In this document: positions 27,411 to 41,528 of the stretch, piece by piece
Layout: each line of letters opens with the position of its first letter
Position numbering within the stretch: position 1 is the stretch's first letter
Origin: Eledone cirrhosa
Taxonomy: Eukaryota
DNA length: 64,000 nt
Direction: 5' to 3'
Assembly (NCBI GenBank): GCA_964016885.1
Contig: OZ024742.1
Location: 117,490,001-117,554,000 of the forward strand
Made by a program: the position numbers and the translations under genes
Notes under the pieces: model-generated
Database searches by the model: none
What the model was told of the DNA's origin: nothing
What the model saw: the letters and a program-made list of their open reading frames with translations, nothing else

Positions 27411-28275
27411 GTGTTTGTTTGTCTGAATAATTAGAAAATTAGAAGGAGATCAATGTAACAATCATTTCAACAATGATCAAACTCACAACCACACTAAATT
27501 ACATAACAATATGACTGGACTCCTTGATCATTGCTTTTTCAGATGTATACAAACACAGACTTGTTAAAACCATTGTGTTGCACAAAGAAGAATCATGTAC
27601 AACAATTTCAAAATAAAAATAAGAACAAATAAAAAAAAAGAAAAGTTAAAAAATAAGACTGAAATCCAACAGGCCATTAGTTCAAATGAAGAATAGAAAT
27701 AAAAAATAGAAATAAAAATAGAAATAAAAACAAAAAAAAAGTATAAGAATAATGATGAAAAACATAAAAATAAAAGAACAAGAAGGACATCCCTAGCTAC
27801 AAATATAAAAAGATGAGAGAAGAATGGAGTCACAGGAAGAAAAATGTTAAAGAGCTTCCAAACAGAATGAAGTATAGAAAGAGGCAGCAAGGAATGTGTT
27901 GTAAATTATATTCTACAGAGAAACTGTTATTGTTATTAATTTATTCACAGGTCACCTGTTGTTAATGGCTTAGTTAGTGCCGCACTTTTACAATGGTTCA
28001 TTACTTCTTACAGTAGTTGCAGTGATTTGCTAATCATGAGGTCAATTGGTTCAATTGGATTCAAAGAGCCAAAAGGCTTTAAGAAGTGTTAAAGTGCTGA
28101 TGCGTTAAAGTTATGCAAAGGTTTGTGACAGAGTGTGCAGTTATTTAATAAAGATTTCTAACTGATGCAAACACACCCACCCAAACTTATACATGTGGAT
28201 AGTTATGTGTGTATATATGTGTATATATATATACATGTTTATATGGAAAAATCTATGCATGCACCAGCATGCATG

Positions 28276-28309
<34 letters not shown>

Positions 28310-28999
28310 CACTGATACACTCATACATATGCAAACACATTATGCACATCATTTATGTGCCCACATATGTATGCCACTACACACAAAATTACATGTAAAC
28401 ACATGCATTTGCACACACATATATATTTGCATACACCCAGATATACATACACACATCACACATTTACATGTGTGCATATGTTAATTATGTGCAAATGAAT
28501 GTAGAAGGAGAAATATAAATATAAATAAACAATATACATGGTTATGAAAAAATATATAGTGGAATATATGTATTTATGAACCTGTAACTCCTGATAGAGG
28601 TGCCGTCATATCATATCTGTGTGTTGGGTATTTAGACCTGGTAGAGCCCATCTCCTCTCCAGGTTTGAACACAGCTGATTCCTTCCAGAGAAGAAGAGAG
28701 AGAAGAAGAAAAAGATATAAAGGAAGAATGGGCCCCAGTACTGGACTGCTACTTTTTTTTATCAACTATGAAAGGATGAAAGGGAAAGTTGACATCAGTG
28801 AGATTTAAATCCAGAGAGCACAGAGAACCAGAAAAATACTGCAATGCATTCTATCTGACATTTCTAATGACTCTGCTAATTTGCCATCTCTATATATAAA
28901 TGGAAAAATATTTGAACCATATATAATGGGGTGAGAGGATTATCAGAGATATATGAGAAACCACCTATGATATGTAGTGTTTGCTTATCTCCTTAGTAA

Positions 29000-29400
29000 T
29001 TTTGTTATTGCGATAATTATTTTATAGTTTATCTTATAATTAGGTGATTTAAGAATGTTTTTCTAAATCTATACATTATGCAGCAGTGATTTCCAGACAT
29101 TTGTTTATTAAGCTCTTCTTATGCTTGATTATCTCTAAACATTTAACAGTACATAAATTACATTCACTTCTAGCCGAGCTCCTGTGTAGATTAGCTACTC
29201 TAATTATTGATAAGTTTAGCAAATATTCTATATTTTCATCCCTGAATTTCGAAACTAGGTCAGAGAGGATAGTGGTTTTGCATATTTCCGCAATAATCAC
29301 AAGATTGAGATGATATTCTTTATCTTGTTTCTAAATATGTAATCAACATATTGAGAAATATTGAATACTTATTTCTTGGTTTCAAACAAATTTAGTTCTA
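29000..29400 (-). pseudogene. PLE GIY-YIG C-terminal relic
   Basis: SIIRVA...CNLCTVKCLEII...LINK parallels the 41946 ORF. Confidence 0.55.
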
Positions 29401-29452
29401 AATTTTATTTTATAATGTATCTGCACATATAACGAGATTTATTATATATATA

Positions 29453-29492
<40 letters not shown>

Positions 29493-29496
29493 GCAG

Positions 29497-29523
29497 GGAA
29501 AAAAGGTGGTGGTTCAGATGGAG
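29497..29523 (+). CDS. Candidate 27-nt microexon (xKKGGGSDG) of Ig gene
   Basis: (CT)n tract + ttttgcag acceptor, GAG/gtaatg donor, phase 1-1; splicing to 44899 gives G+AT=Asp. Confidence 0.7.
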
Positions 29524-29927
29524 GTAATGAGCAAAACTTTTATATTTATTTTTATTCAAATAATTTGGTTTAATTTAAATGATATAGAAAAAAGTTTAAA
29601 TTACTTTATTATTGGTAATACTTTCTATATCATTCAAACATACACACAAAAATTGTTATATTTACTTTTTGAGGTGCCAAAATTTTTGCTGCATGTCTGT
29701 GACTGACATAATTCCAATGCAACTCTGAATGCAATGAAAATATTGATGCTACAAAATAATTGAAAAGTGAATATAACAATTGTATGTCTTTTTTAATAGC
29801 TAAAATAACTACACAATAAAATTGCTTGTTTCAACACACAATCTCAAATCAAGTCATTTGCCAGATAAGCACATCTCCAAAATTTTAAAGGCTTACATTT
29901 TCTAGTTAATTAATTTGAATATCTTAA

Positions 29928-30128
29928 CCCTTTAGCATTTAAACCAGTCGTATCTGGCCAGAATTTTCTCACCTCTTCCTTTTCAAACCAGCCATAACTT
30001 GCTACTCATACTGATGTTAAGGTATTGTTCTCAAAATAAATAATATAAAAATCTCACAGATTCGATATTATGTGAGATAAAGCCTTTACCACTAAAATAC
30101 AATGTAGAGTGACGTAAATGCTAAAGGG
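29928..30128. mobile_element. piggyBac-type MITE (201 bp)
   Basis: TTAA at 29924-27 and 30129-32; perfect 14-bp TIR ccctttagcattta. Confidence 0.92.
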
Positions 30129-33100
30129 TTAAATGATAAGCCAGCTAAGAAACAAATAAATAATATAGAGATGCCATCCACATATAAAACAGTAGTTTAA
30201 GAGAGTGGTAGCATTTTTTCTAACTCGTTTGTTTAATGCTTTTGACAGGTGTTGGTTTCCAAACCACCAAAAGAGATGCAGCTTCATATAAAATGTGATG
30301 GCAATGGCCTACAATTCTCACACTTCTCTCCTGCACAATATCAGAAATGTCAAAAGCCAAAGAGGTCTTAAGCTCTCCTGTCCAGATGTCATAGCTGTAG
30401 AGATCTATCATTGAATCTATTTTGACTAAAGTCACAGGATGGATGGATGTTTAATGTTTCTGACACAAATCATATTTACACTAATGCAACTATTGATTTT
30501 TGTATAGATTCTCTAACCAACTTTAAATCTACTTTCCTACATCCACCAATGTACAGTCGTGTACATCTACCTCATGATTCTTTCATTACTACTTTAGCAG
30601 GTATGGTGAAAGCTATATTTTGCTAATGAGACCTTAATAGAACTGCAACATGTCTAGAGTTGTCTCAAAAATCAAAATTAATATAAGTCATGGAACTAAT
30701 TTTGTTTTTGTATGTTATTTTTCACTGCATAATTTTTTCTAGGTTGCTTTTTAATATTCTCTCTGATTTAAATATATTAGCACTAACTTTTAAAATAAAT
30801 AGCTTGCAATCATTTTTTTAACTATACTAAAAATGAAATACTGAAACAAATTTAGGGTTTTTTTTTTTAGAAATCCTTTTTAATTTAATTTGTCACTCAG
30901 TTTAAAATCACCACTCTTGGGTGCCTTTGGGAAAGTCCACATCATCCTGTTTCAAGTATTTAAGCCAGGTCCCTAACATAAAAATTATTTTCTCTCTTCA
31001 AACTACAATCATGGAGCCCTATAAGCACTGTTCTTACTCCTCTGACTAAGTCATTTATACCATTAAAAAATAAATGTCACTTTGATAAACAAAAAAAAAA
31101 GAAAGAAAACTGCTCTAGTAGACCATTATGTCTACTCTAGTCAACCATTATGTCTACTCTAGTCATTTTACTCCTCTGTTTTATGTCAGACACCACTGTA
31201 GGTTCATCTTCAATAAATACTTTTTGAAGTACAGTAGAAGAATGTTCTAACTTCAAGACACAAGATTTTAGTATATAAAGATGTTTTGTTAGAAAGCCAC
31301 AAGTCTGTAATTATTTCCACTAAAATGATTTATCGTTACCATCAGTTTTAGTAAAGTATCAAAGAAAGTTTATAAGTTCTAGACTATTCTAGATATGAAA
31401 CCAAACAGCAAGCATTAACTTTTCTTTTGATTTAGGAACAATATAGCTTTCAATTTCTTATATGTCTTCAAAATATTAGCTGTCTAGCCAATCTATGTTA
31501 GAAATTCTGATTATAGTGGTGAAGTGATATTGGTATTAAGCTGAGCACTATTTCGGAAAAGCATTCAAGTGAAATTTACTAACATCAATGTAAAACAGTT
31601 AGAAATTGCAACGATATCTCCCCCAGGTTATACCCTACCACATTCAAAGAATGAAAAACATTAAATCATGTAACCTTGGATACATACTATGTTAAAATAT
31701 AAATGGGTTGGTGAGGAATGGAGCAGCAGTGCTGAATTGAGGCTAAACTTCAATATCAATGAGCCAACAAGATATTGCTATGTGATGAGTTAATTTGCCA
31801 AAAGAAAAAGGTATATTAGATAATGCAGTTCAATATATACTATGGCTGACAAACAGCTGTGATGGTTAGTCATAGTTTGAACTCCTTTGTCTCAGATCTG
31901 ATGAATCAGAACTGAACAAGAGCAAAACAACAACAATATAAACCTAATGAAATACAAGGTAACAAATAAACCCAATCAGCATTTCCCTGGGACTAAATAA
32001 CAACAATATCAAGCTAACTCAAAACAATTACTGGTTAATATAGATCTAAATAATCCTTAAAAGAGGGAATCAATACAATTGGAATGTTTCTGATTGCCCA
32101 ATCAGGATTGATCTGGGACTGAACAATAATAACAAAATATCATCCCAGTCATATAAAAGGTTGTTATACAAATATTTTTAGCAGAAATATTGTAATGAAT
32201 TTAACAGAAATATTGTAATGAAAAACCTTGCAGCAACAAATTGGCAGAGTCAGTAGTGCATTAGACAAAATGTTTTGTGGTATATATTTCTGCTCTCTGT
32301 CATTTGAGTTCAAATCTTGCTGAGGTTAACTTTGTCTTTCTTGCTTTTAGGATTGGTAAAATAAATTAGCAGTTCGGGGTGATAATAGCACACCTTATGG
32401 TATTTCTTCCAATTCTTTGTGTTCCAAGTTTGAATCCTGCTGTGGCCTACTCAAATGGTTGACTTAATCTATTGCCCGGTTCGACATGACCACATGGCCC
32501 TTAGATGCTGATAGCAGAGTCTAATCTGTTGCAAGCATTTGAGCCATGACTCTGGGTTGAAAATACCATCCTCTCTTCAACCAGACACTCCCACCCTCAC
32601 TAAATAGTAAAAAACTAAACAAATAAAACAAAGTAAATTAAGTATTTTTTGCATTTAGCTTTCAAATCATCACCTTTAAAATTATTTATCCAAATCCATG
32701 TCATTGGGTCTGAGTCAATAAATAAAGAAAATACAATTGTCAGAATTGTTTAAAAATCTGAAGGGATCCCTTGCAGTATTTGTTCTGGCTTTGTGCATTC
32801 TGAGTTTAAATCCCACTTCCTGTCACCAGAAAAGCAAAGAAATATCTGCAAATAGTTGTAAATGGCAAATAGTGTGAGCAATAAAAAGACTGATGTAAGC
32901 ATAGTTTCCTCGGTCTTATCTGAGAATTAATATCTTTTAATTCTCTGGTAATTGCTAACAATTGTGTTATGTCATTGTTTTCTTATGCCAAATACGAGGA
33001 AAATTTCAAATAATGAATAATTTTTTTATATGCCATGTTTTAATCACTAACTTAATGTAGATTCATGAAGTGGTCATTTTGTTTTCCTTTGTTTTATTTC

Positions 33101-33749
33101 TATATTAATTTGTTATTTTTGTTGAGCCTCACATCAACTCTGATCAAGTAGTAATCCACATATATATATATAACTGTATGTATACATATATATATATATA
33201 TATATATAATCATCATCATCGTTTAACATACATTTTCCATGCTAGCATGGGTTATATTGTATATATAGATAGATAGCTATAGATATATATAAGCCATGTG
33301 TATCTTGTTTTTTATGGAAGGTGGACATGTACACTATATCCCTGTATGTCATACAATGTGACTAAAAAGGATTGGCATGAGGAAGGGCATCTGACTCTAA
33401 AACACACTTTCAAACTATCCTATCCATCCTATTCCAGCATGAAAAAGTGGACTTATAAACGTTTTTATGTCCACTTTTCCAAGCTTGCATGGGTTGGACA
33501 TATTTATAATCAAGAAGTACAAGTCAACGAGTTATAATTCACTTCATTTATTCATAATCGCTGTTATATATATTTTGGTGATAACCATTATGCAACAGTT
33601 ATGACCTCATCAGATAGCTAGAATTTGAACAGATAAAACAGAAAAACATGACAAAATAAAAATTACTCCAGTTGTTTCAGTTCATTGATATGCTCCGGGC
33701 TGATATTTGATGTTGATTTCTCAAAGCACCAGTGACATATATATATGTA

Positions 33750-33783
<34 letters not shown>

Positions 33784-34215
33784 ACAAATAAAAGAAGACC
33801 AAGGTTTTATTTCTTATATATGCTCTGGGATTTCCAAATCTACAGTGACCAGAAGTATACTAATTAGATATATCTCTGAACTGTCTTTCACCAATCCAGA
33901 TATTGAAAAATATTACATTAGAGCTTTAAATATCTGAATACCTTATACAGTTGTATCATCAACTCATATAAGTTATATATATATCATATGAATTAATTTC
34001 TTTTCGTTGTATATTGTAAATTTGCATATATATATAATGAAACACGAGGTGCAACTTCAAATCTTTGCTATTTTGTATATACAAAGAGAGATAGATAAAT
34101 AGACAAATAGATAGATAGATATTCTGATTTGTTGAGCTTAATGGTTAAAAACGAACAAAAAATTATATTTATACAATTTGACATTAACAATTATTATTTA
34201 TCTATTTCCCATACC

Positions 34216-34400
34216 GGTGGATTGGCAGTATCGGTAGAGGGTCAGACGCCATGCTTTCCAGCATAGTTACGTCCCTTTACGATCTGAGTTTAAATCCCGC
34301 CGAGGTTGACTTTGCCTTTCATCCTTACGGGGTTGATAAAATAAAGTACCAGTAATGCATTGGGTAATTGCTGGCCTTGTGCCTAAAGTAGAAACAATTA
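34216..34400 (+). mobile_element. SINE family A, full length
   Basis: TSD ttatttatctatttccc at 34194-34210 and 34398-34414. Confidence 0.9.
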
Positions 34401-34639
34401 TTTATCTATTTCCCCATTCTACTTAACAGAATTCTTATCCTAATTAGAACATTTATAGATTTTTAAAAGATCAGAAAATAGATATAATTCTTGCCACTTC
34501 TTTTATTAAATTTGAAGGTGATTATTGGACTAGAAATTACAAACCTAATAATTTTGTTATTACCATGGAAATAGTGATTGATCTACAGTAATAGAACTTA
34601 TTGGTTTATATCTGCTATTTATATTAAAGGTTTAATTCT

Positions 34640-35530
34640 CTAATTTAGCGCAGACATATAGTGAGATGATGCTCTTTTACCCTTAAGCATATTAGTAACC
34701 CTAAACTAAAGAAATTGAAGAAAAAATTACAAAGGTTTCTTTTTAATTATGATCTAAGCATTACAACCATTGCATTAACTAATTTAGATTTTAAAAAAGG
34801 TAAAACAGTATATAGTAAATCTGACAACAATATAGATTCTAACTACACCTTTAACAAGTCTATCCACCAAGACAAGGAATCTGTAATAGATACAAATAGT
34901 GAAACTACTAATTTTTAGTGTAATTGCAGAATACGTGACAATTGCCCCCTTAAACATCACTGTATTGGGTGAAATGTATATAAATGTACTATCATTACTG
35001 CAAATATCAAAAACTATTTTATAGGTGCAAATCCTAACTCATTTAAGGAACGGTACTATTTGCATTTAGATTCCATTAAGAATGAAAATAGGAAAAATTC
35101 TACATCATTTGCGCAGTTTATTTGGGATTTACACAAGTCCATTAGTTAATGTAGCTTTCAATTGCTAATTATTAACAAATCTAAATCTTCAAAGGAGGTA
35201 GACCTGAATGTAATTGGTGCTTAACTGAAGCCTTAGAAATAAGTGTCTAGTTCTAAACATTTGAATTGGAAACATGAAATCATTATTTCTTGCATGCATA
35301 AATTTCTATTCTCATTCTCTAATATGGTCTTTGATCCTACATAAGTATGATAATTTTTCCTACTAATGGGACATATCATACCATAAATAACATCTGATCT
35401 TTCCCCAATATTTTTCTGACGAAATTATTTGAATATAGTCTTCATCCACTTCAAATTTGAAATTTAGCTTTATGAATTTCTAATTTCTATGGTTTAATCA
35501 TTTAATGCAATGAAACAAGTAATGAACTAC
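34640..35530 (+). pseudogene. PLE (Naiad-like) linker + GIY-YIG relic with 3' pseudo-LTR remnant
   Basis: CNCRIRDNCPLKHHC..NVYKC..YFIG..FKERYYLH..CNWCLTE; CTGACGA at 35416 and GAAAC at 35512. Confidence 0.75.
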
Positions 35531-37544
35531 TTGTTCAGTAAAATGTTATCTAATTTAATATTCTATATTCTCCTCTTTCTAATATATCATGTATAATGTT
35601 ATACATTTTTCTCCCTCTCTTTCTCTATATGTCACACTGTTAATATAATAAAGTTGTCATTTAAACTTTGAATCTTGTTATAATGGTCTAGCTATATTCA
35701 TTTATTCTTTACAGTTATGTGATGCTTGTTTGTTATTTTTCTTGAGATTGCCTGTTTTTATATGTTTGCATATTTTATCTAGTCTCTGAGGATACAGGAT
35801 AAAATGAAATTAAGGGTTGAATGTAAATTCCTCAAGTCAATGCTCAGACTACAATATATACCTCTATATATTGATAATGGAGCTTCACCGAATCTCTTAA
35901 TATTTTCTTTCGCTCATCTTTTTTCTGTTGAAACCCACGTAAGACAATTAAAATATCTTAAATTTCCTCATCTTATTTGTCTATCCATTATTATTTAAGT
36001 GCTCTAAGCATCTACATTCACACAACATGACAGATTTTTTACTCAAAGTTCAATTCCTGATCCGCAATAAATTGATTGTAAAACCACATCGCGCTTGAAA
36101 TTTTACACACCTGAATATTAATCCATGTGATATACATCAAGCCTTCCACCGCTAAGAGACTTAAACCCCTCCAATAATGTGGGAACTTGTTGAATGATCT
36201 TAAAGTTTTGTTAGTTAAAAATTTGTCAGTGGTGATTTAAAATAATTTGTTTCAATATACTCGGGCTTTGGTTTTTACTACAGTGATTTTCTATTGACTC
36301 TAAATATGTTAGAATGATCATGTTTTTAAACTCTCTCATAGTCAAGTATTGGTGATATAAATGTAAGCTGATATTAATAATACACATGTACAGTATATAT
36401 ACATATAAGAATAAATTTACACATTGGCTATATAGACATGTGAATATACCAGATATACATATTTGCATGTAAACTGAAAAATGATGAATATTTTTAATCA
36501 ATTTTTGAACTTAACTGAGTTTTCTTCAGAAAATATATATATATTATCAAAACGAAGGATACCCTATCACTTATAGAATTATCCTGAGAAGGACGTACTA
36601 GTTTGCATATTGGTAGTTAATTTTGATGTATGCAAATATATATCAAGTGTATATAGATGTTTGAAAAGGCAAACCTCAAAATGTTAACATGCAAGTGATA
36701 CAAACATCCACCCACATATTTTATATTGCAGGCTATTTAATTAAATGTACTGATATTTATTTTCTACAAAATGGGAACCTCCAACTTAATTAACAATGAT
36801 GCAATATGAACCAGTAATAAGCAAAAGCATGATTGAATCATTTCATCACAACTTCGATGAGATTCAAATCACTGATTTTCGAATTTAACAGTTTTTTTAG
36901 TAATCAGCTTTCAGATACTCCATAGCGTCTATTCTAGGAGGGTGCTCTGTAGTAAATTGCTTTTTTATTAAAAAGCAAAACTTCTTCCATGACAGGAGAA
37001 TGATACAAACTCACAATAATATATTTGAGTTTGTGATTTATTTACTTTAATAATTAAGTACAGTACTCATAGTTGTCAGCATGGATGCACTATATGTTCC
37101 TCTAATATATACATATTATAATATATTGTATATACTAGCATATCACCTGTCACAAATAACGAGGAGTGTATTAAATAATATTCTATTTCATCATTCCTTG
37201 AATACAACATTCTTTTGGGAAGATATTCGAATTACTGAGTTTTCCTTGATGTTCCTACATTACTACAAAATTTCAAAGACATATCCCACTTCCATTCCAT
37301 ACCCCCACATTCTCCATCCAAAATACTGACCATAAAATACTACCCTCCTCCTCCTCATCCTCCTCTTCCTTCTTCTTCTTGTCAATAAAAGAAAGCTATA
37401 TTATTGGCTTCAGCCATGTTTGTTCTAGGTTGTTTTCCTACTGAGGTCCTTCTACAGTCATAAAATAAAATACCAGTTATGTACTTGAGTCATTAATTTC
37501 AAATTTCAGGTATTGCTATATGGTTACAGAGTTTGTTTTAAAAT

Positions 37545-38115
37545 TCTTCTTCTTCACCCACATATTCCTGAGAGTGTTGTGGAGGTAGAGTCCTCAAACA
37601 CTCCTTCCAGCAGGTCCTGTCAGAAGCAACTGTCTCCAATTGATCCAGCTGGATCCCAAGCGAGATCAGCTGAGCTCATGGATGTTATCCAACCATGGGT
37701 CTCCTGTCAGTTGGTTTGCCCATAAAATCTGTTCAGCAATTCTTTCCTGAGACATTCTAATCACATGACCATAGTATCAGAACTGTGATCTCTTAATTCA
37801 GAGAAGTAGCAGCTCTACCTGGAGTGACTCTCTGATCTTTGAGTTATGTACTTTATTGAGTAACGTTACTCCAAAGACCCTTCAGAGGAATCCCATTTCG
37901 GCTGCTTGTATTTGCAATCATGTTCTTTCGTTCATTACCCAAGATTCATGACCATAGAATATATATAAGACAGCAAGTTTAGCTTTTACACCTACCTCCC
38001 TTCTTCTGATGACTGAATGCTGAAGCTGGTGCATTACTGCACCAGCTTTTGCAATTCTTGCACTTATTTCAGCCTCCTGCCTTCCATGATTCATGAACAC
38101 ACCCCTGAGATACTT
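37545..38115 (-). mobile_element. RTE (Rex3/Expander-like) 3' fragment with (GAA)n tail
   Basis: YGHESWVMNERT..QAAEMGFL motif; the same 3' end recurs at 63870-64000. Confidence 0.75.
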
Positions 38116-38574
38116 TTACAAATTAAATCAGTAATTTAATATTAGATTCATTAAAATCAGTTATAATAATTTTCTGAATCGTTATCAAACATATATCTAT
38201 ATATTATGTGTCCTCAAAAATTGTTAATTTCTAAATACAGTAGTTACAGAAAATATGAAGAAATTCTCATTGATAACTTTCTGTTTTATACTTATAATAA
38301 TTCTTTATCCAATATTTGTTTTTAATGATGAAATGATGGGATTAGAGTGAGCGATGTGGGCTGTTATTTCTAGCATATTTCTAATTATTAAAATAGATAC
38401 ACTGATATTATACCAAATAGTCAAGCCATTGTCCTTTCGAATTCAAATAATGTTTTACCTTAAAACATGTGGAGTGTGTCAACAAATGCTTTAAATAATG
38501 AAGACGACTTGGCTGCTATTTCTAGCAAGTAAAGTGACCAAGTAAAGGTTTCTTGGTCAGTTGTAATTACATGT

Positions 38575-39150
38575 TGTTGTTATAGATATGATACAACCAT
38601 GTAAACTAAAGAGCTAATTTAATTTTTATCAACATAATATGGTTTGGTAGCGCACAGGGAATGAATCTAGCTAATACTTGATAGATTTGTTCTGTAGTCA
38701 TATGGAATGTTGCTATATAAGTTGACAACATCCCATGTAACCATGTAAGTGTTTGAGTTTACTTTATTTGGTAGATGGTTGAGTATACCTAGATCACCTC
38801 ATATCCAGCTATGGATGTGTTTGAGGAGAGATTTCAATAAATATCTAAGAAGTTACTTAGACAATGGGCCTCATAAATTAGGCCTGCTATGATTGGTTTT
38901 AGTTTTAAGTTGGTTGATGTGGGTATATTTACACAATTGGTTTTCATCTTTTTGCATGCCTCATTAATTAATTCATTCTTGTGTTTTCTGTAATCCATAG
39001 AGATTACTTCTTTTACATCTAAAATGAAGGAGATAGTCTAATTTCTTATTGGCTACACAGTTTTCGAATGAGTGACGTGAATCAGTGTTTCATCACCTTA
39101 GGAAGTTTGTATTCTTTGGTAACTCAGAAAATGCAATATATATTATAACA
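38575..39150 (-). pseudogene. PLE (Neptune-like) RT relic
   Basis: YKLPK...LKLKPIIAG..HCLSNFLDI...DVVNLYSNIP. Confidence 0.65.
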
Positions 39151-41528
39151 TTTAAGGGTGACCATGAACACTACAGTGGCTAAACAGGATTAACACTCTG
39201 ACAAAGGATGACAGTTCACCACCAGTAAATTCAAGATCCATACACATGAAAGATCTCTCTTAGTCAACATATAGAGGAATGCAGAGGGTGAACTTTACCA
39301 AATTTCAATTCCTTCCCATTCTACTAATGTTGTCAGTCAATATTAGAGGAAAATCGCATTGGCAAAAAAATTTTCTTCATTGAAAGATTTAGGCCAAAGC
39401 TGAAGTCTATGCATACATAAACTATTCTTTTGATGTGATTTTTTTGTATATATAATAAATAAAAACACAATAGGTGGGGGTTTTTTTCAAATCTGTATTA
39501 TGATTTTTTTCTATATATATATTTATATATATATATATACGCACATGCACATGTTGAAGAGGTAGAATTCCACAAGGTTTTTCAAAGGTAATGATTGCTT
39601 CTTTGGATTCATAGTAGTTTGGTCCATTAGTATGCAAATAACATGTCATGTGCTGAGGGGTTGTATGTAATTAGTTTACAAATAGACAATGGAATGGTGA
39701 GATTATGGTTGGTCATTTCATATTGGTGAAAGATTGGAAGGAATGTAATATATCATTATATATATACAAATAAGATTTATAGTACTCTTACTGCCAAACC
39801 CCTTGCTACAGCAGCAACTCCCCATACTATTTAGGTCATATCCATTTAAACCACAGTGTACAGAAGTATTATATATAGCATTATATATATTGTTCAACAT
39901 AAACTGCGTTTGAAAAAGGACATTATTCTCTTTGATAATAATGTCACCTGGATCAGACTGAAACAAATTTGGATTAGGTTTATTGGTTAGATCATCTGGG
40001 TGAATCTATCCAAGTATTTTCAATATATTAGGTTTTATGACTTGTATATTTAAAGAACGTTTTAAGTGGTTTGTGTGAACAATTAAAAACAAGATCTCAC
40101 TGAGAGTTAAGTAAATCTTTATGGTTAATATAGAAAGATGTAATGGTTTGAACATGTGGAACCTATGGAGGAAGGCAGTAGGCCATCCAGCACTCCAGCT
40201 CCTCATGTCAAGCTGTTGAAGTGAATGGAATCCATCGAATAGGTAGATCTAATATGGCATGAAATGAAGTGGTGAAAGCTGACCTCAAGATGCTGAATCT
40301 CAAGATGAATGACATAGGACCATGATAAGTGGCATCATATTATGCTGAAGACCCACCATGCACTGCTGCAAACAGGACACCCAATACCCTCCTGTTAGTT
40401 CCACTCTCTCGTACTTGGCTAGACAAACCTTCATACTCTCCTATTTTGTCTACTATATTTCATCCAAATAATACGCTCACTCACTTTCTCTCAGAGAACT
40501 TGAAATTTGACAGTCTTCCACTACACTCTGTTACTCATCCGCCTATCCATTCCTGTATTCATTGCTTGATGTTATCCACATAAAGAAGGATACTGTTAAT
40601 CCTTTATATTTAAACTTTATTCCTGTCTACTAACTTACAAAACTACTTCACATCCACCATAACCATGCATAAGTAGCTAGCCACCACTCCATCCCCTTAA
40701 ATCCACTTCTAACAACATCCATCCCCTAATACTCAATCATGCTCTCTCTCTCACTAACATTCAGTAACAAATATACAGTTATCATTACCTTCTCCACAAT
40801 AGTCTCCTTACAAAATCTCACACCTTTCCCGTTACTGCCTCTCTTCAGACAGTTAAGGTCACAACAACCTTTTTGTGTTGGTACGATGATGCAATGCATC
40901 CATTACACTCTGTAAGTGGTAGTGCTGGTACCAAGATAAAATGCACTAAATACATTCTGTAATGTGGTAGTGTTGATGCCATGGCAATAATCTCCCGGCA
41001 TTCTCTGTAAATTGGTTGATGTTAGAAATGGCATCCAGCTCTAGAAATCATGCCAAAGATAGAAATATGGACAAGTTGGCCATTCGCCATGCTTGCATGG
41101 ATAAGATGGGTTATCACAGGTGAAGCTAGACAAACAGGTCAGATGACTATTTCTTGCACATATGTTCCATTTTGGAATGGTTTCTACAACTGGATGCCCT
41201 TCATAATGCCAACCACTTCACAGCATATACCAAATTAATTTTCTGAAGGCACCACCGCTAACCCCTGGCTGGATGGATTGGGTGCTTTACAGTGTTGGAC
41301 TAGGTAAATTTTATTGTGGAACCAATACACGCACACACTCACAGGCCTATATATAATATAAACTATATATATATATATATACAGTTTATGTTAAAGATCA
41401 TACATATTAAATGTATGATCAGGTTTTGGGATCCAGTTATGGCAACTACTGTATAGTGGATTAGCCATTCTATAACTGGCCTCTCTTGTCAGACACAAGG
41501 ACAAATCTTTATATATATATATATATAT

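Noticed and set aside
40050-40170. PLE C-terminus LLNSQ*DLVFNCSHK on minus strand
   Set aside because: Suggestive but too short to call
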